Positions 14,886 to 28,399 are shown, counted from the stretch's first letter. The stretch is DNA of 64,000 bases from Eledone cirrhosa (GCA_964016885.1 OZ024741.1:307644001-307708000), one strand, 5' to 3'. Numbers and translations: made by a program. Notes: generated by a model not told the origin, from the sequence alone.

Positions 14886-16090
14886 TTGAGTTGGGCATAT
14901 GATTTTGCCATTTTTCAAAAGGTGGTATTTTGATAGAGGTTTTCTGGAAATCTTGAATGATGTGCATACGATCATTTATGAGATGTGACGTTGGTTTTCC
15001 GTCATAGGGGAAGCAACATGGATCTATCGATATCGTTTATTCGTGGCTGTTTATTTTATGACTTCAAATCTGGTCTAAGCGAATCAGTATCGAGTCGTCA
15101 CATTAATAATGCATTCGGTTAACACACCATGTCTGAACGCTGTACCAGGTACTGTTTCTCGCGCTTCCATTCCAGTGATTACAGCCTTGAAGATTGACCT
15201 GGTGCAGGACGTCCTTCCGACTTTAATGACGAGCAACTGCGTGAGCTGGTGGAAGCCAACGCATGCCAGACATCACGTCAACTCTCCGAATTGCACGGGG
15301 TATCGAAAACAACCATCCCCAATCACTTGCATGCAATAGGGAAGTTGTCCAAGCTGGACCAATGGGTGCGCCACAGTCTGACTGACAATAATTGTGAATG
15401 TCGGGCAAACGCGGCAACTTCTCTGCTCTTTTACCATCGTACAACCAGCTGGTTACGTTCCATTGCCACCGATGGAAAATGGTGTCTCTACATTAATGTC
15501 ATGGGCCAGCGAATGTAGGTTGATAAAGAAGGTGTGCCACAACCGCAAGCAAAGGCTGGCCTCCATTCTCGCAAGACCTTACTGAGCGTCTGGTGGGATT
15601 GGAAATATGTTATCTACTACGAGTTGCTCACTCCGAACACCAGCATAACCTCTAGCATCTATTATAAAAAACTTGACATATTAACAGCAAAGGTCGCATA
15701 TGTGCGTCCGCACAATGATCCTGTTTGATTCTTTCATGATAACGTTGGAGCACTTATATTAATGATGACGCGTGAGAAACTGCTAGCGCTAAGCTGGGAA
15801 ATTCTGACCCACCCACCGTATTCACCCGATCTCACCTGTATAGACTATCACTTTTTTTTCTCTCACTGAACAATGCAATGTAGTCAAAGAGCCTCGCCAA
15901 TGAAGACCTGTTAAATCAGTGGCTGACTGAATTCTTTCCATCAAAACCAGAAGAATTCTAAAGAGATGGAAACATGATGGAAACGATAACAGATGGTAAT
16001 CGAAAATGATGGCAATTATTTTGACTTGTAAAATTTCCTAAACTTAAAAAACGTCAAAGTCAATAAAAATTTGAAAAACGGTAAAATCAA
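14886..16090 (+). pseudogene. Decayed mariner DNA transposon
   Basis: Transposase remnants from 15018: FYDFK.G, GKLSKLDQWVRHSL, TDGKW, LSVWWD, HDN, HPPYSPDL, DYHFF. TIR remnants TGATTTTGCCATTTTTCAAA / TTTGAAAAACGGTAAAATCA. Confidence 0.9.
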
Positions 16091-16273
16091 AATATGTATT
16101 TCTATGGCCTGGTTACATCATCATTCTGTCTTTGAAATATTTAACTCCGTTCCGGCACTAACCACGACATACCACGCCTACGAGGAATAATTTGCATAAC
16201 ATTGAGTACTTTAGTTTTTTGTAAATTGGTTTGCATCGTTTTCTAATCAGAACATAAATGGGATATATATATA

Positions 16274-17163
16274 CTAGCATTAAAACCCGGCGTTGCTCGG
16301 GGTCAGTAAGTTACCAAAGTTAGGTTGCACCACCCATTTTATGGCAGCACTTTTTTGTCTGCCAGGCACCGGGTGAATAAATTGCAAACCTGGACTGCCG
16401 AAGCAGGAGCTGCGCCAGCAGTGACAATTGTAGTTTCGCCTATGGATATTATCTCTGTGCAAAGAAGTGTTGAAATTTATTGTTTCACAGTACTTGCGCA
16501 ACACGCGCGTAGACGATGCCAGCGGAACAAGAACTGCGATGGAGTTGTTCTGCATGGTTGTCTAATGTGTGTTTTCTAAATTTAAGACAGTAGGGAGGGG
16601 TGTGATATGGGGGAGAGTTAGCTGCTGTTTCTAGCAGGTTTAGTGACCTCATAGAGGATTTCATTGTGTATAGTAAATGAACTGATACTTCTTTCTTTCA
16701 CGTTCGTTGATAGATGTTTTAAAAAAGATTTATCGCTATTTTCGTTGTTGTTTAATAAATTTATCTGTTGCTTTTGAATAATTGTTGTTTCGTATGAAAT
16801 GTAATAAGTTCTCTTTGTCATTGAAGTAAATAAATGTTTGACCGTTCCACACTCAAAAACAAACGTTCTCTCTCTCTCCCCCTCACTCTCTCACTCTCTT
16901 AAAGTTTAAGGTGAGTAGAGAGAGGGAATCTGATTGTATTAGAGGTTTAAAGCGTCATGTATTTAATGTTATCGATTATTTCAGCAATAGGGGGTCAGTG
17001 TGAATGAAATAAATAGTCGTTGACCTAAGTTAGACCATTTCCAATATTCTTACAAACTTTGTGTCGAATCAGATTGAAATTGTGCAAATGTATAAACATG
17101 GAACATGCACGCACACACACACTCACACAACAACAACAACAATCTGCCTTTTATAGATAATGA
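16274..17163 (-). mobile_element. Non-autonomous Helitron
   Basis: Minus strand begins TC(ATTATCTATAAAAG) and ends with hairpin CCCGAGCAACGCCGGG plus CTAG, between A and T. Same 3' end as 61332-62267. Confidence 0.75.
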
Positions 17164-17173
17164 TATATATACG

Positions 17174-17206
<33 letters not shown>

Positions 17207-18198
17207 TATGTTTGTTTGATAACTTCTAGTTGTGTGCTTAATTCGATTTGTGTAAGGGAATTTTTATTCCTTTGTTCCAAATTTTGAATTGACCGCCAAA
17301 ATCGGGGGTTACCTCCCTTTGGGAAAACCACGTGTTTGCTAACAGCGCTTACTCTAGCATAAAACACCCGAGCGGACCAGAACGAAAAACTTGTTGACGA
17401 AGTAAAATCCATTGTTCTATCTTCAAAAACCATTAACTTGCAGACCCCTGCAAGTGGATTTTGTTGATTTCGGATTTACAGAAACCTAGCGGAGATATTG
17501 TGGATTATATGTGATGTATATTATATGGTATATATTATATGTATTATGTGTTATGTATGATGTCGACGCGATGGTCCAGGTTAGTCAAATTTTTCCTGAG
17601 TTCAGTCTTTTTCGTGGCTATGGTCACTGTGGCCCTTCTATCGGTCGCTGTCTTTATTTTGCAAAGCTGTCTAAACGTAATGTTATAAATCTAGGGTTAG
17701 CTGCACACCGAAACTGCATTCGTGAGCTTGGCTGCAACCATGGCTTCGTTAGTGCTGTACTAAATTGTATTTTATATATATATATATATATGGTTATTAA
17801 ACTCCCAGTTGGTTAGTTTAATAACCGGATGGTTGTTTATTTCTTGAATGTCAAAGCTCTTTCGTGACACATTCTTTGACCTCCCCAATGACTTTATATG
17901 TATATGTATATCGATGGACTCTCCCATCGTTAACGGCAGACGAGTGTTATGAACTCTCAGGTGCATTTTCAAACCTTTTATAATTGTTGCGTTAAATATA
18001 AGCAGTTTTGATTGGTATAACAATCTTAGCAAATATTAAATACTTTTTAATGTTTTTTTTTTAATATTTAGTTTCTAATGCAAGTAAAGATTATTCATTG
18101 TGTCGGATTAAAAAAATCTGTAAATATACTTCTGCGCTTTTTCACCTTCCCTTTTTAATTATAACTTTTGCTTTGTTTGGAACTTTACCCACTTTTCC

Positions 18199-18262
<64 letters not shown>

Positions 18263-18914
18263 AATCCTGATCCCCCAAAATTAAATACGTTCAACGCTGT
18301 TGTAGTTATTATTGACATTACGGGTACACAATAAGAATAATATATTCTATTTTTGTCACAGAACAGCCTTTTTTGTTGAGGGGAAAGTCGAATTTATTGA
18401 CCCAATTACTCGATTAGTGCCATATTTTATCGATCTCGGAAAAATGAAAGTCAACGTTAACTTCGATGGGATTTGAAAATTTACCGCAACGCATTTGTCC
18501 ATCTCTCTAATCCACCGACTTTTGCATCAAGAAATAATGGAAACAAAGAAAAAAAAAGGAAGTTGTAAAGAAATAAGGAAAAACAGAAAGAATGAACGAA
18601 AGAAAGGTAGTATGAACAAAAAGAAAGAAATATGTAAAGAAATATAAAAACAAAAAAGAACGTAATTAAGAAAGAAACCCAGAAAAAGGAAAGAAAACAG
18701 AGTAAAGGAAAGGGAACGAAAGAATAGAGGAACAGATGAAACAGGAAAATATAATACACCAGAGACTTAGTCCCGACTATAATCCGTCTAATTACTGGCA
18801 CAGTACTACTTCATCATGGATAAATCTCTCTTTAATGACCATGTAGTACAAGCAGCAATTGTCAGCTAAGATCTTCTTAATCTCAATCTTAGTAACATTG
18901 TTGCTATTGTTATT

Positions 18915-20975
18915 ATTATTAGTCGGGGATGCACAAAGCTGTGCGATCCCTGGCAGATCTATCCATGACAACTTCCACCTTATGAGATATATTGTAGATC
19001 GGGTGAGAAGTAGATATAACTTTGATGGAGTTCTGGGCAGTTTGCATCAGTTCAAAGCGCGTGACAGAGTAACCATCGCTATCTTGAGGCTGTCTTGGGG
19101 AAAGCTGGTTTTGGCACTGATTTCAGATATTTCCTCCCATCTCCTCTGCTATGTGTTGGCTTTGGAGGCTCTTCTGCGGAGGATAGAAATCTTCAAAGGA
19201 ATTCTGCTTGAACCTGGTCGCAGGAAAGCCGTGTCTGATTACACAAATGTCATCACGAATAGTGTCGGACACAACATATAGAAGCAGTTGGTACTATGCT
19301 AGAATAATGCCAGCAGGTTAATAAAGTTTGCATAAGTTAGTAGGTTTGAAATTCGGAGCATGGGGATGAAAGCTCATGCTGGCGAGTGGAAATAACCGCT
19401 GCTGGACTACAGATGACCCCATTAAATTGCTTGGAATCTGGTCAGGGGAGGACCTTCAAGTAAACAAAAACTGGGAGGAAGTCGCGAACAAGGTAGCCAA
19501 TCTCACTCAGAAATGGACAAAGAGGAAACTGTCTCACAAAGGTCGGGCAGGGTTGATAAATACGTACATCGCTTCTGATGTATATTACTGCCTAACCGTT
19601 GTATCATCTGATGTTTTGTGGAAGAGGCAAGTAGCGTTGGTCAGACAATCTATCTGTTAAAAATATCAACCCCATGGTGGCCTCGTCATGCCATCTTTAT
19701 GTATGCACAGGCACGCGCTATGGCTGACGCAGCTGTGGAATTAGCTCAAGAACCGCAATGACGATAATAACGAAAGCGAGGCTTAACCTGGGTGGGCGCT
19801 TTTCGTGCGACATGTCTTTTCACAGATCGTCTCCATTGCTCGAGAGACGGTGCAAGGTCAAGCGCAGACCATGGCTGAGGGACTGGAATTAAAAGGCTGC
19901 CAGGGACTCACGGCACTTTACCAACTAAAAAAAGGGATGGGTGGCCTGAGAACAGCACTTACGTTCTATAGAGGGTTAGTGGAATGTATCAGGAACGATA
20001 ACCTGGGATCACCTATGGACGTCGATGGGGAAAGTCTGAAGAGGCTCTTCTGGAGAACTTTCAGGTCGGGTATTATGGATAATACCAAAAATACCTTGGC
20101 ATGGCAGTACAGCAGAGGCATACTATCAGTTTGAAACAAAGCCCTACAGGCACGGAAATGCCAACGACCGGATCTGTCGGAGATGCACGAAGGGTGACGA
20201 AACAGTCCTGCATACTATAAACCAGAGTTGTGGGACTATGTCGACAAAATGCTATCGCGTCTAGAACAGATAGAACCTGGTCTATAGTGAAAATTGAACT
20301 GCCACCTTCTTTTAGAAACGAGGCACGACACATATTTCTCTGTCTGGGAGCTATGGAGAAGGAAGCTTTATGGTTTAATCGTCTAAAAGGATTGAGGTCG
20401 GGAATCTTCCTGTTCAGTCAAGCTTTCATCAATTTCTTCAAGTTTCCCTTGAGGAGGAAGGTGGGTGTAGAGAGGGTGGTACTGCCTCATATGTGCTTTA
20501 TGAAAGATGGACGGACGGACTGGTAAAGTTGCTCGAGGTCGGGTTCGGACCAGACCTCCAGATGGATACGAATTGGTACGAGGTTACGAAGAAGGTAGCC
20601 TCTCGTAGATCGGGCAGAGGGGACCAGCGAGAACATTGCGTCTGTCATCTACTACCACCTGGCCGTCGTGCCATGCCTCCGTTCCTGCCTCACCAAATTG
20701 GTATGGCTTCTCTTCAACTTCTTGTGGAGGGGACAGGCTCCATTGGTGAGGTGGTTCATCTGCTGCCATTCCCCTCTATGTGGAAGGCTGAGCATGCCAT
20801 GGCCAATGGTGCGCAAACATGTGTTGAGGTTGCGGCATCTCCAGATATGTTGCCCAAACGGTGAACAGGTGTGATCGCCGTTTGTGAGATAGAACTATCT
20901 GCAGCTCGTCTCTTTGACTGAGCTGCAATCCTGGGTCAAGAAGAGACCGAGACTGGGTGCCTGGCACTTGCACTG
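18915..20975 (+). pseudogene. Old, heavily decayed Tx1-like LINE fragments (two partly overlapping segments)
   Basis: AQSCAIPGRSIHDNFHLMRYI, IKLLGIW, QKWTKRKLSHKGRA and LAWQYSRG match the younger copies; 20505-20975 repeats the KLL.V.FGPDLQ segment. Confidence 0.85.
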
Positions 20976-21415
20976 AAACAATAGGGATTTCTAGAATTTG
21001 ACTATCGAGAAGGGGCTTTTCGTTTATTCGCTGTCTTTTCCGTAGGCTTTGTCCTGTGCGCTCAACTCTTTTGGATTCACATGCAAAGAAAGTATAAAAA
21101 GAAAGTAAGAAAGAGAGAAGATTAAAGGAGAAAAAATAAGAAACAAAGCAAGAGCAAATATATCATAAACCAAACAGGCAGGTACAAGTAGGATGAAGAA
21201 AATGGAGTAGAAAAGCAAAGATAAATAATTCAATATAAAAACAATAGACACGGGGCAATAAAACTGGACAATAAACAATGACATGTCGACAAATCATTGG
21301 AGGAAATTTATATGATAGCAACAAGCTTTATGTATGAGTGCATATATATATATGTATATATATATAAATGTAAGTATACACACACACACACACATATATA
21401 TACATACATATATAC

Positions 21416-21493
<78 letters not shown>

Positions 21494-21695
21494 ATATATA
21501 TATATATGCGAGAAAAACCACAAACCCTCCATCTCAATTCTACTTTTGAAAACCATAAGAACTGTGAAATCGGTAAAGGAAACAAATAAATATTTTTAAA
21601 AAGACTCCAGTTTCATTTTAGATTTCATCGTTTTTCCTTATACTTTCACTCTTGTAGGACATCTCTTTTTTTCATAAAAAAAAACCCCTCATTTT

Positions 21696-21753
<58 letters not shown>

Positions 21754-21756
<3 letters not shown>

Positions 21757-22010
21757 GTTTGGAGTTGGAAGGCCAAGACAATGCACGTATGGATATAGAA
21801 TATAAATGCAAAGGCAAGCATAACTTGGCAAGCTAATTAGAACACTGGATTAACCCCTTTACTTCCCTCCGAAGAAGAGATTTTATCTCGAAAATTAAGG
21901 ATATTTAAATAAATTTAAGGTAAAAGACTAATTGTCAACATTATCTTTTGCATTTGAATTTATATTCTATATCCATACCTGCATTGTCTTGGCCTTACAA
22001 CTCCAAACGT
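21754..22010. repeat. Fold-back inverted repeat with a degenerate hammerhead-like motif in the loop
   Basis: ACGTTTGGAGTTGGAAGGCCAAGACAATGCACGTATGGATATAGAATATAAAT is mirrored at ~21957-22010. Loop contains CCGAAGA-A-GAGAT-TTT-ATCTC-GAAA. Confidence 0.8.
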
Positions 22011-22408
22011 GTATACCTCATTACGCAATGCTTCAAGTAAACTACAACTTTCTCCATATATATATATATATATTTGCAACACGAATTGGCGCGACATTTA
22101 TAGTACTCATTCACGTGACATTCAACAACCAACCAAATCATAATACCTCTGGAGCCACTTTTTTCACATAAAACAGGAAGAATTTCCAAAACTGATCAGA
22201 TTAGAGCAAACATCACGAGCGCTCTATCTCAAAATTATTTTTGAAAAGCATTAGAAATGCGCAACCGGTAAAAACTTAAAACTAAAACTGAATACTAACC
22301 AATACTTATTACTAATTTATACTTATTCCTAATTAAACTATTTTTCACTGGGAAAAATTTTCCACCATTTTCTTTTCCTTTTATATATATATATATACAT
22401 ATACATAT

Positions 22409-22478
<70 letters not shown>

Positions 22479-22481
22479 GAT

Positions 22482-22521
<40 letters not shown>

Positions 22522-23677
22522 ATCACTCCTATGTGGAAAAAGTACGTTGAGTGCTTGAATTGAATTGCATCAATATTTACGCTAAGAATTTAGCTCCAAT
22601 TAGTTGAGCGATCTATGATGTAACCGATATGGTGGAGAAGAGAGGAACCAACCATGAGCTACCCCTGGAAATACCCTCTACCATGGGGATGGAAACCCCT
22701 GACACTGGACGGACATAATAGTAACTTTCGGCAGGATAAATACGCGGAAACAAAAACTAAGATAAACCCATATTTTCCTGCACCAAGTCGCTTTTGAACA
22801 GAAGCCCCCTCAATTCAATCTATACATTGACAAATTGACAATCATATGGATCATTTTGCAGATATGTACTCTGTGTTTTTGCATTTATTCATTATTGGTT
22901 CTTTCCTTTTGTGAACTTTATATCTGTTTTTCTTTGGTTTTGTTCCATGTGATGTAAATTATGACTGTGTACCAGATTGACTACTACCTTGAATACTGTA
23001 GTTTACCCTCCGTTCTAATGTACGGCACTATCGTTCAATATGTGCATAGTGTAATTGTGACATTGGAACCCCTCTCACAAATTCTTACTTAAACATCTTT
23101 CTCCATATTATTTACTCACTTCAATCTATATGTTTTTTTACTCACCTCAATCCGGATTCACACTTGAAACATTTTTTTAATTTCTAATTGTTAATTTTTT
23201 AATTATTTAATTTCTGATTTTTTAATTGTTTAATTTCTGATTTTTGATTTAGGATTTTAATTTTTATTTCCAACTCTCACTCATAACTTCCAATGTAAAA
23301 CCATGATACCTAGAATTAAGTATATTTTCTCTTGGGAGTTGATGGTGAGAGGTAGTATTGTGACCTGTAAAAACTAACACTCTCCCATCCCCTCTGGTTT
23401 TCGGCTGGCTGCCACAGTCGGGATGGGTAGCAGTAAACTATGGTACAGGCCTAAATGGGTCATTGTTTGGCTGAGAGGGTGAACTGACTAAGCGAATTTC
23501 GTTGAAATCTGCGGTGGCTAATGGTCAACTTCCTTCGGACATGCGCCTGCGCAAACCGGTGGGGGTGAATTGGTACTCACAGGGGAACGGATGAAGAACC
23601 CAAAAGCACACACTTCGTCCGTTCCCATGTCGATTCAACTTGGATTGCCTCGGAAACATAACCTTATTATGTAACAA

Positions 23678-23751
23678 GCAGTCTGATGATGTCACGACAC
23701 TCGCACACAGAACAGTGTGGCCAGTGCCGTCATTGAAATATATATCACAGC
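23678..23751 (+). ncRNA. Type-I hammerhead ribozyme motif
   Basis: GCAGT-CTGATGA-[ACGACACT..CACAC/GTGTG..AGTGCCGT]-GAAA-TATATA-TC|ACAGC. Confidence 0.7.
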
Positions 23752-23840
23752 ATTATTATTAAAGACCTTGAACATCTGAAACTACTTCGCTTTTACTTAT
23801 TCTCTCTCTCTATATATATAGAAGTAGTTCTAAATCAGTT

Positions 23841-23903
23841 AGTTCACTATACCGAGAACAAATGTTTCACCTTATGCGGATCCTCAGCCCGGTATGGTGA
23901 ACT
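23841..23903 (-). ncRNA. Type-I hammerhead ribozyme motif with 16-bp stem I
   Basis: Minus strand: AGTTCACCATACCGGG-CTGAGGA-TCC-GCATAA-GGT-GAAA-CATTTG-TT|CTCGGTATAGTGAACT. Confidence 0.8.
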
Positions 23904-24062
23904 GAGTGTTGTGGAGGCTATATATATATATATATATGTATATATATTAATAAGAGGAATTCCAACTTTGTCTGATTTACTCGTTTTATTTACAATCCTT
24001 TAAAATATATAATGGTATTATAATGAAATAGTATGATAGAATATTAAATTCTAAGTGTTAAT

Positions 24063-24101
24063 TGAACAAGTACTTTCATGCTTTCGCAATCTTCAGGTTC
24101 A
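24063..24101 (-). ncRNA. Minimal hammerhead ribozyme (mirror copy)
   Basis: Exact reverse complement of 24179-24217. Confidence 0.85.
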
Positions 24102-24178
24102 TAATATGTGGTGACAGTCGAGTTTGCAATTTTCAACTGACAGTTGAAAATTGCAAACTCGACTGTCACCACATATTA

Positions 24179-24217
24179 TGAACCTGAAGATTGCGAAAGC
24201 ATGAAAGTACTTGTTCA
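24179..24217 (+). ncRNA. Minimal type-I hammerhead ribozyme
   Basis: TGAAC-CTGAAGA-T-TGC-GAAA-GCA-T-GAAA-GTAC-TT|GTTCA: intact core, GNRA-capped stem II, palindromic loop 3. Confidence 0.88.
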
Positions 24218-24373
24218 ATTAACACTTAGAATTTAATATTCTATCATACTATTTCATTATAATACCATTATATATTTTAAAGGATTGTAAATAAAACGAG
24301 TAAATCAGACAAAGTTTGAATTCCTCTTATTAATATAATCTTCTATACACAATCATACACACCCGTGTATATT

Positions 24374-24508
<135 letters not shown>

Positions 24509-24509
24509 T

Positions 24510-24570
<61 letters not shown>

Positions 24571-24576
<6 letters not shown>

Positions 24577-25412
24577 ACAGATGTACAGTAGTATATATAT
24601 ATATATATATATATACATACATGCACTCATATATATATATGTACGTATTGATTCAACGAACATTTATTATAATGCTCGGTGTGTTCGTACAGTGTCTAGC
24701 AACCATCGTTGCTCATTTGTTCAACACTGACAAAGGAACGCTGTACTAGTTTCAAGCTTATTAGCTACGTATACCTTCCTGCCAGATGGTTGAACGTCTG
24801 AAAGTATAAACTTTCCTTGTGCACATTAATGGCTGAGCAGCCTCATTTGCATATCGAGTGAGTTAATCGGCCGGGGTACCGAAAACGCTGTATACATATA
24901 TGTATGTACGTATACATACTTATATTTAAGTAACAGCCGTACTAAGAGTGAGAAATAAAATTTCGATTCATTTTTTCCGTTTATCGTTTTCGGTACCCCG
25001 GCCGATTAACTAACTCGATATGCAAATTAGGCTGCTCAGCCGTTAATGTGCATAAGGAAAGTTTATACTTTCAGACGTTCAACCATCTGGCAGGAAGGTA
25101 TACTTTGCTGACGATAGCTAATAAGCTTGAAACTAGTACAGCGTTCCTTTGTCAGTGTTGAACAAATGAGCAACGATGGTTGCTAGACACTGTACGGCTT
25201 AATTCGGGATGTTTGTTTACAAACACACCGAGCATTATAATAAATGTTCGGTGAATCCATACGTACATATATATAAGTGTGCATGTATGTATATATATAC
25301 ATACATACTACTGTACGTCTGTATACATATATGTATGTACGTATACATACTTATATTTAAGTAACAGCCGTACTAAGAGTGAGAAATGAAATTTCGTTTC
25401 ATTTTTTCCGTT
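24571..25412. mobile_element. Family U element: inverted copy + partial tandem of a ~431-bp non-coding unit
   Basis: 24571-24887 is the reverse complement of ~24985-25327; 24888-24983 repeats 25319-25412. Confidence 0.85.
25103..25143 (+). ncRNA. Minimal type-I hammerhead ribozyme
   Basis: CTTTG-CTGACGA-T-AGCT-AATA-AGCT-T-GAAA-CTAG-TA|CAGCG. Confidence 0.82.
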
Positions 25413-25444
<32 letters not shown>

Positions 25445-25806
25445 TGTACATGTATATATATATATATCTGTGCGCGCGCGCGCGTGTGTGTGTGTGTACA
25501 CATACAAATATATTATATTTTGTTTAGAATGTTTGTTCTTATTGTTGCTATAGTTTTTACTGTAATTCTTGGTATTGTTGCTGGTACGTGACGGGATGAA
25601 AATAAAAATAAAATTGCTATTGTCATGCATGAATACACCCTAAGGAAATAAAAATTAGGTGAATGGGAAAGTAGATCGACCGAGTTGAAACAAGAAAATG
25701 CTGAGACAGTCATACAGCTTATTAAATTTGTAAAGCAGTTATCTTTAATAAGTGGATAGGTAGGGTGTTTATTTATCTATCTATCTATCTCTCTATCTAT
25801 CTATCC

Positions 25807-28399
25807 CACGATTCGATCTTTGAAGGACCAAAACGGACGCGTGATACGTGAGCCGAAGCAGATGTGTGCGGCCTTTCAGCGGTACTTTGCTTAGCTGTTC
25901 GGGCAGGGCGGCGCTCCGGGCGGGGCTATGGTTTTCGGTCCATACCTCGACGGCCTACCGCGACTCTCGGACAGCGAGGCAAAGTTCTGCGAAAAGCCGA
26001 TTTCAGCCGCTGAGATAGGGGACGCGTTGAGCCAATGCGGCAAACGCAAATCTCCAGGTCTCGACGGTCTACCCTACGAATTTTACGTAGCAATGCCGGA
26101 CTTATTCTCCGGTCTCCTGGAAGCGGTCTACTGCAACTGGCAACAGAACGGGAGAATTCCCAGTTCTGTGACCGGGGGCGTAGTCACACTAGTCAGGAAG
26201 AACGAGAATAAGGGGGATGACAATAGGCAACTTCCGGCCCATAACTCTGCTAAACACAGAGTTACAGATTTTGGTCAAAGTGTTGGCAAAGAGGCTGGCG
26301 CTTGTCGTCGAGAACCTGGTGGGAGAAGCGCAGACATGCGCAATCCTGACCAGGTCCATACACGACAGCCTCCACCTTCTGCGATACATCATAGAGAGGG
26401 TAGGGTGTAAACCCGGCTTCGGTGGGGTCCTGATCAACTTGGATCAGTCTAAGGCTTTCGATAGGGTTGACCATCGTTACCTGGATGCGGTGCTCGAGGC
26501 GGCAGGCTTCGGACCCGTGTTCAGGGGCTGGATTGCTGCAATGCATAACGACAACATCTGCTCAAGGGTTAAGGTGAACGGCTACCTCTCGGAGCCGTTC
26601 CATATCACGCGATCCATTCGACAGGGATGCCCTCTCTCCTCCCTTCTGTACGTATTGACTCTCGAGCCACTACTGCAGAGGTTGGAGCTATTGCGAGGCA
26701 TCCCTCTGGAGCCGGGACTGCGGAAAGCGGCGTCGGCCTACGCCGACGACGTGACAGTAATGGTGTCGAGCGCCTCGCAAATCGAGGAGGTCGGCCCCTT
26801 ACTGAAGGAATACGAAAGGTTCACAGGAGCGAAGCTAAACCGGGACAAGTCCATCGGTTTGCAACTCGGATCATGGAGAGGCAAGCCGATGCCTTCCGAT
26901 GGCGTCGTCTGACGCTGGACGGAAGGACCAGTAAAGCTGCTCGGGGTCTGGTTTGGTCCGGACCTCCAGGTGGAGAAGAACTGGAACGAAGTGTCGGCCA
27001 AGGTGTTTGCACTCACCCAGAAGTGGGCCGAGTGCAAACTATCATTGAAAGGTCGAGCGGAGGTGGCGAATACTTTTATATCGTCCCCCAACTACTACCG
27101 CTTGACCGTCGTGCCTTGTCCAGCCACAACGTTCGCCAAAATGGAGCGCGCGCTCTTCCAATTCCTTTGGAAGAGGCGGGCTCCTTTGGTGAGAAGATCC
27201 ATCTGCTGCCAACGCCCTTCCAACGGAGGGCTGGGGATGCCGTGGCTGACGATGCGCAAACACGCACTCAGGCTGCGGCATCTCTACGTATTCCTCACCG
27301 GACAACCGGTGTGGGCACCATTCGTGAGGCGAGCCTTCCCACGACTCGTCTAGCTGACCGAGCTGCAGTCCTGGGTCAAGCAAAGACCGAGAAAAATGGG
27401 TGACTGGTACATCGAATGTGCTCAGTCGCTCACAGCCCTCTGGCAGGCGGACCCGGCGATCAGTGGAGACTCCACTTCGTCATTCTATAGAAGTTTGATC
27501 CGCAGCAAGTGCGACGACGTCCTCGGTGAAACTCTGGGCGTAGAGGAAGATGAACTGGCCAGTCTGTTCGGTAGGACCTTCCGCCCGGGACCGATGGACA
27601 ACTTCCAAAAGTCCCTGGCCTGGCAGTGCTACCGAGGAGCTCTACCAGTTCGAGACAAGCTCTACAGACATGGGCACCCGGGCAGGGACCCTGCAAAAAA
27701 ATTCTGTCCGAGGTACGTACGAGACGAAGAAACCGTCGCGCACGCATTCATACACTGCCTGGGCGTCACCGACATGTGGGGCTATGTGGAACGACTATTG
27801 TCGCGGGTGGGACCAATCCAGTTGACCACCGAGTCCATTGTCATGATCAAACCGCCACCCTCCTTCAAAAAGGAAGGAGAGGCGGTTTTCCTTTGTGTGA
27901 TAGCTATGGCGAAAGAGGTTGTATGGTGAACAAGGTTGAAAGGGCTGAAGTCAGACACCTTTCTCTCCGGCCAACAACTGATTCTTTTTTTCAAATACCA
28001 CTTTTGAAGAAGAATCAGGATGGAGAGAGAGGTTCTGTACCCCAGCAAGTTTTATGAACGGTGGGTGAAAGTGGCGAGAATGGCCCGAGTGAATGGGCCT
28101 TCTCTCTATATCAGCCTGTAGGTTGAGGAAAAAGAGGAGGAGAGGAAAGGAGTACAAACTCTTCGTACTCCTGGAGATGACGGTTGCACATTTTTTTTCG
28201 GGGGTATGTGTTACCCATATGTAATGTCTTCCCCTATTGGGGAAAATCGATTAATTTTTAAATTGCATTTGTGATAATATTTTACACGTTTTTATTGTAT
28301 GTAAACTTCCCCCTTGTATTTTTCCCCTTCCTTTGTGCCCCTGTGGCTAATAAAGAAACATATCTATCTATATATCTATCTAACTATCTACCTATCTAT
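25807..28399 (+). mobile_element. Tx1/L1-clade LINE copy 1, 5'-truncated, (TCTA)n tail
   Basis: KSPGLDGLPYEFY, NFRPITLLNT, LDQSKAFDRVDH, IRQGCPLS, YADD, GGLGMP, C-terminal CP..ETVAH..HC, AATAAA then (TCTA)n; stops and frameshifts. Confidence 0.92.

Larger units (their letters stand above)
23943..24337. repeat. Near-perfect 395-bp palindrome
   Basis: Centre CAACTG-A-CAGTTG at 24140; ~197-bp arms with one mismatch seen. Confidence 0.97.

Noticed and set aside
23943-24337. Integrated viroid-like or ambisense RNA agent
   Set aside because: The two ribozymes are exact reverse complements from a DNA-level inversion; viroid-like agents have distinct plus and minus ribozymes in an imperfect rod.
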